From: Hormiphora californensis
Lineage: Eukaryota > Animalia > Ctenophora
NCBI GenBank assembly: GCA_020137815.1
Contig: CM035351.1
Location: forward strand, 2,294,001 to 2,358,000
Length of the DNA: 64,000 nt
Reading direction: 5' to 3'
Under the pieces are notes generated by a model. The model ran no database searches, was not told the origin of the DNA, and worked only from the letters and a program-made list of their open reading frames with translations. Of the stretch, positions 63,066 through 64,000 are shown piece after piece (within the stretch, counting starts at the first letter, position 1; every line of letters starts with the position of its first letter). The position numbers and the translations under genes were made by a program.

Positions 63066-63295
63066 GAGATTCTAATGATCTATATGTATCGGATGCAGTA
63101 CACAAAGCAGCCCTCTCTGTCGACGAGAAGGGGACTGAGGCGGCCGCTGCTACGGGCATGATAATGATGACTCGGTGTGCCATGATCCCATCCCAGCCAC
63201 CAGTCAAGTTTCATGTGGACCAACCGTTTAGTTTTGTTATTGCCCGAGCGGGGAAGATCTTGTTCTCTGGACGGGTTGAGGAGCCATCCTGTTAA
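63066..63295 (+). CDS. Serpin alternative terminal exon B (inhibitory RCL, predicted P1-P1' Arg-Cys)
   Basis: GDSNDLYVSDAVHKAALSVDEKGTEAAAATGMIMMTRCAM...FHVDQPF...ILFSGRVEEP. Phase-1 acceptor. Confidence 0.92.
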
Positions 63296-63517
63296 AGGTG
63301 TGCAGAGGGGGCTGTGTGTGTATCCGATATATCTCTCTGATTAACTTGTACTTATTGGTAGCACGCTAACCCCTACCAGCCAACTTTGGTTGGGACGGGA
63401 GTGCGTGCGGTTACACATAACCAGCAAGGAGCAGATAGCGTGCTACCAACTATCACTATTGTAACCACTAGCCCACTTCCTAAATTGTAACCACTAACCC
63501 ACTTCCCTTCCTATCAG

Positions 63518-63770
63518 GTGATGGTGGGTTTGTTTATCTCCGATGCCATACACAAGACTGCCCTGATTGTGGACGAATCAGGGAACAGAAGCAGCGGCTG
63601 CTACAGCCATGATGGCCACTTTCTGTATGGCATTTGAACCTGAGGAACCGGTTGAGTTTTTAGTGGACCAGCCCTTTATGTTAGCTGTTGTGAGGGTGTT
63701 CACCCCTGATAGCAGAAAGTGGAGGATTAACCCCCTGTTTATTGGACGTTGTGTTGCCCCTGAGTGTTGA
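63518..63770 (+). CDS. Serpin alternative terminal exon C (inhibitory RCL, predicted P2-P1-P1' Phe-Cys-Met), with two +1 indels as assembled
   Basis: Removing one T (~63529) and one G (~63581) gives GDGGLFISDAIHKTALIVDESGTEAAAATAMMATFCMAFEPEEPVEFLVDQPF...PLFIGRCVAPEC*. Confidence 0.82.
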
Positions 63771-64000
63771 GAGGTTTATTGTATAATCTTAGATGGTAAT
63801 TGTTAGGTTTTTACATTCATTTATCGATGTTTATAATCACTGATTTTTCGCGTGAAATTGTTATGTATGCTATTGTAGATTTGATTTTCATTTTTCGTTT
63901 GATTAGATCAAGTTGTTTTACGCTTATCTAAAACCCGTGGAAACAGCACTCTGGAAATCCGATTCCGTTTCTGGGCAAGTTGAAATTCATCTGCGAATTG

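Overview
Intron-rich, gene-dense animal genomic DNA with GT-AG introns and many microsatellites and MITEs. It is probably an early-branching invertebrate such as a ctenophore, which is inference only. Genes supported by the sequence: the 3' part of an SLC12A9-type cation-chloride transporter (+), with an unannotated 4-exon secreted cationic SUEL-lectin-like gene nested antisense in one intron; a frameshifted class A GPCR (-); a multi-exon LRR-containing glycoprotein-hormone-type receptor (LGR, +); a mitoribosomal mL42/mL58-like protein, TBC1D2/2B and G3BP (all -); and a tightly packed + strand run of MANSC1-like, Ima1/TMEM201-like, a degenerate ERI-family nuclease, NDUFS4 and a serpin. The serpin has one constant exon followed by three alternative terminal reactive-centre-loop (RCL) exons, with a perfect 456-bp-arm hairpin between the first two. 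This is the most striking system in the window. Mobile DNA includes a ~3.9 kb foldback element, TA- and TTAA-flanked MITEs, an ORF1-only LINE-like element and a composite tandem array. Several single-base frameshifts in otherwise conserved exons suggest assembly indel errors, so pseudogene calls are uncertain.
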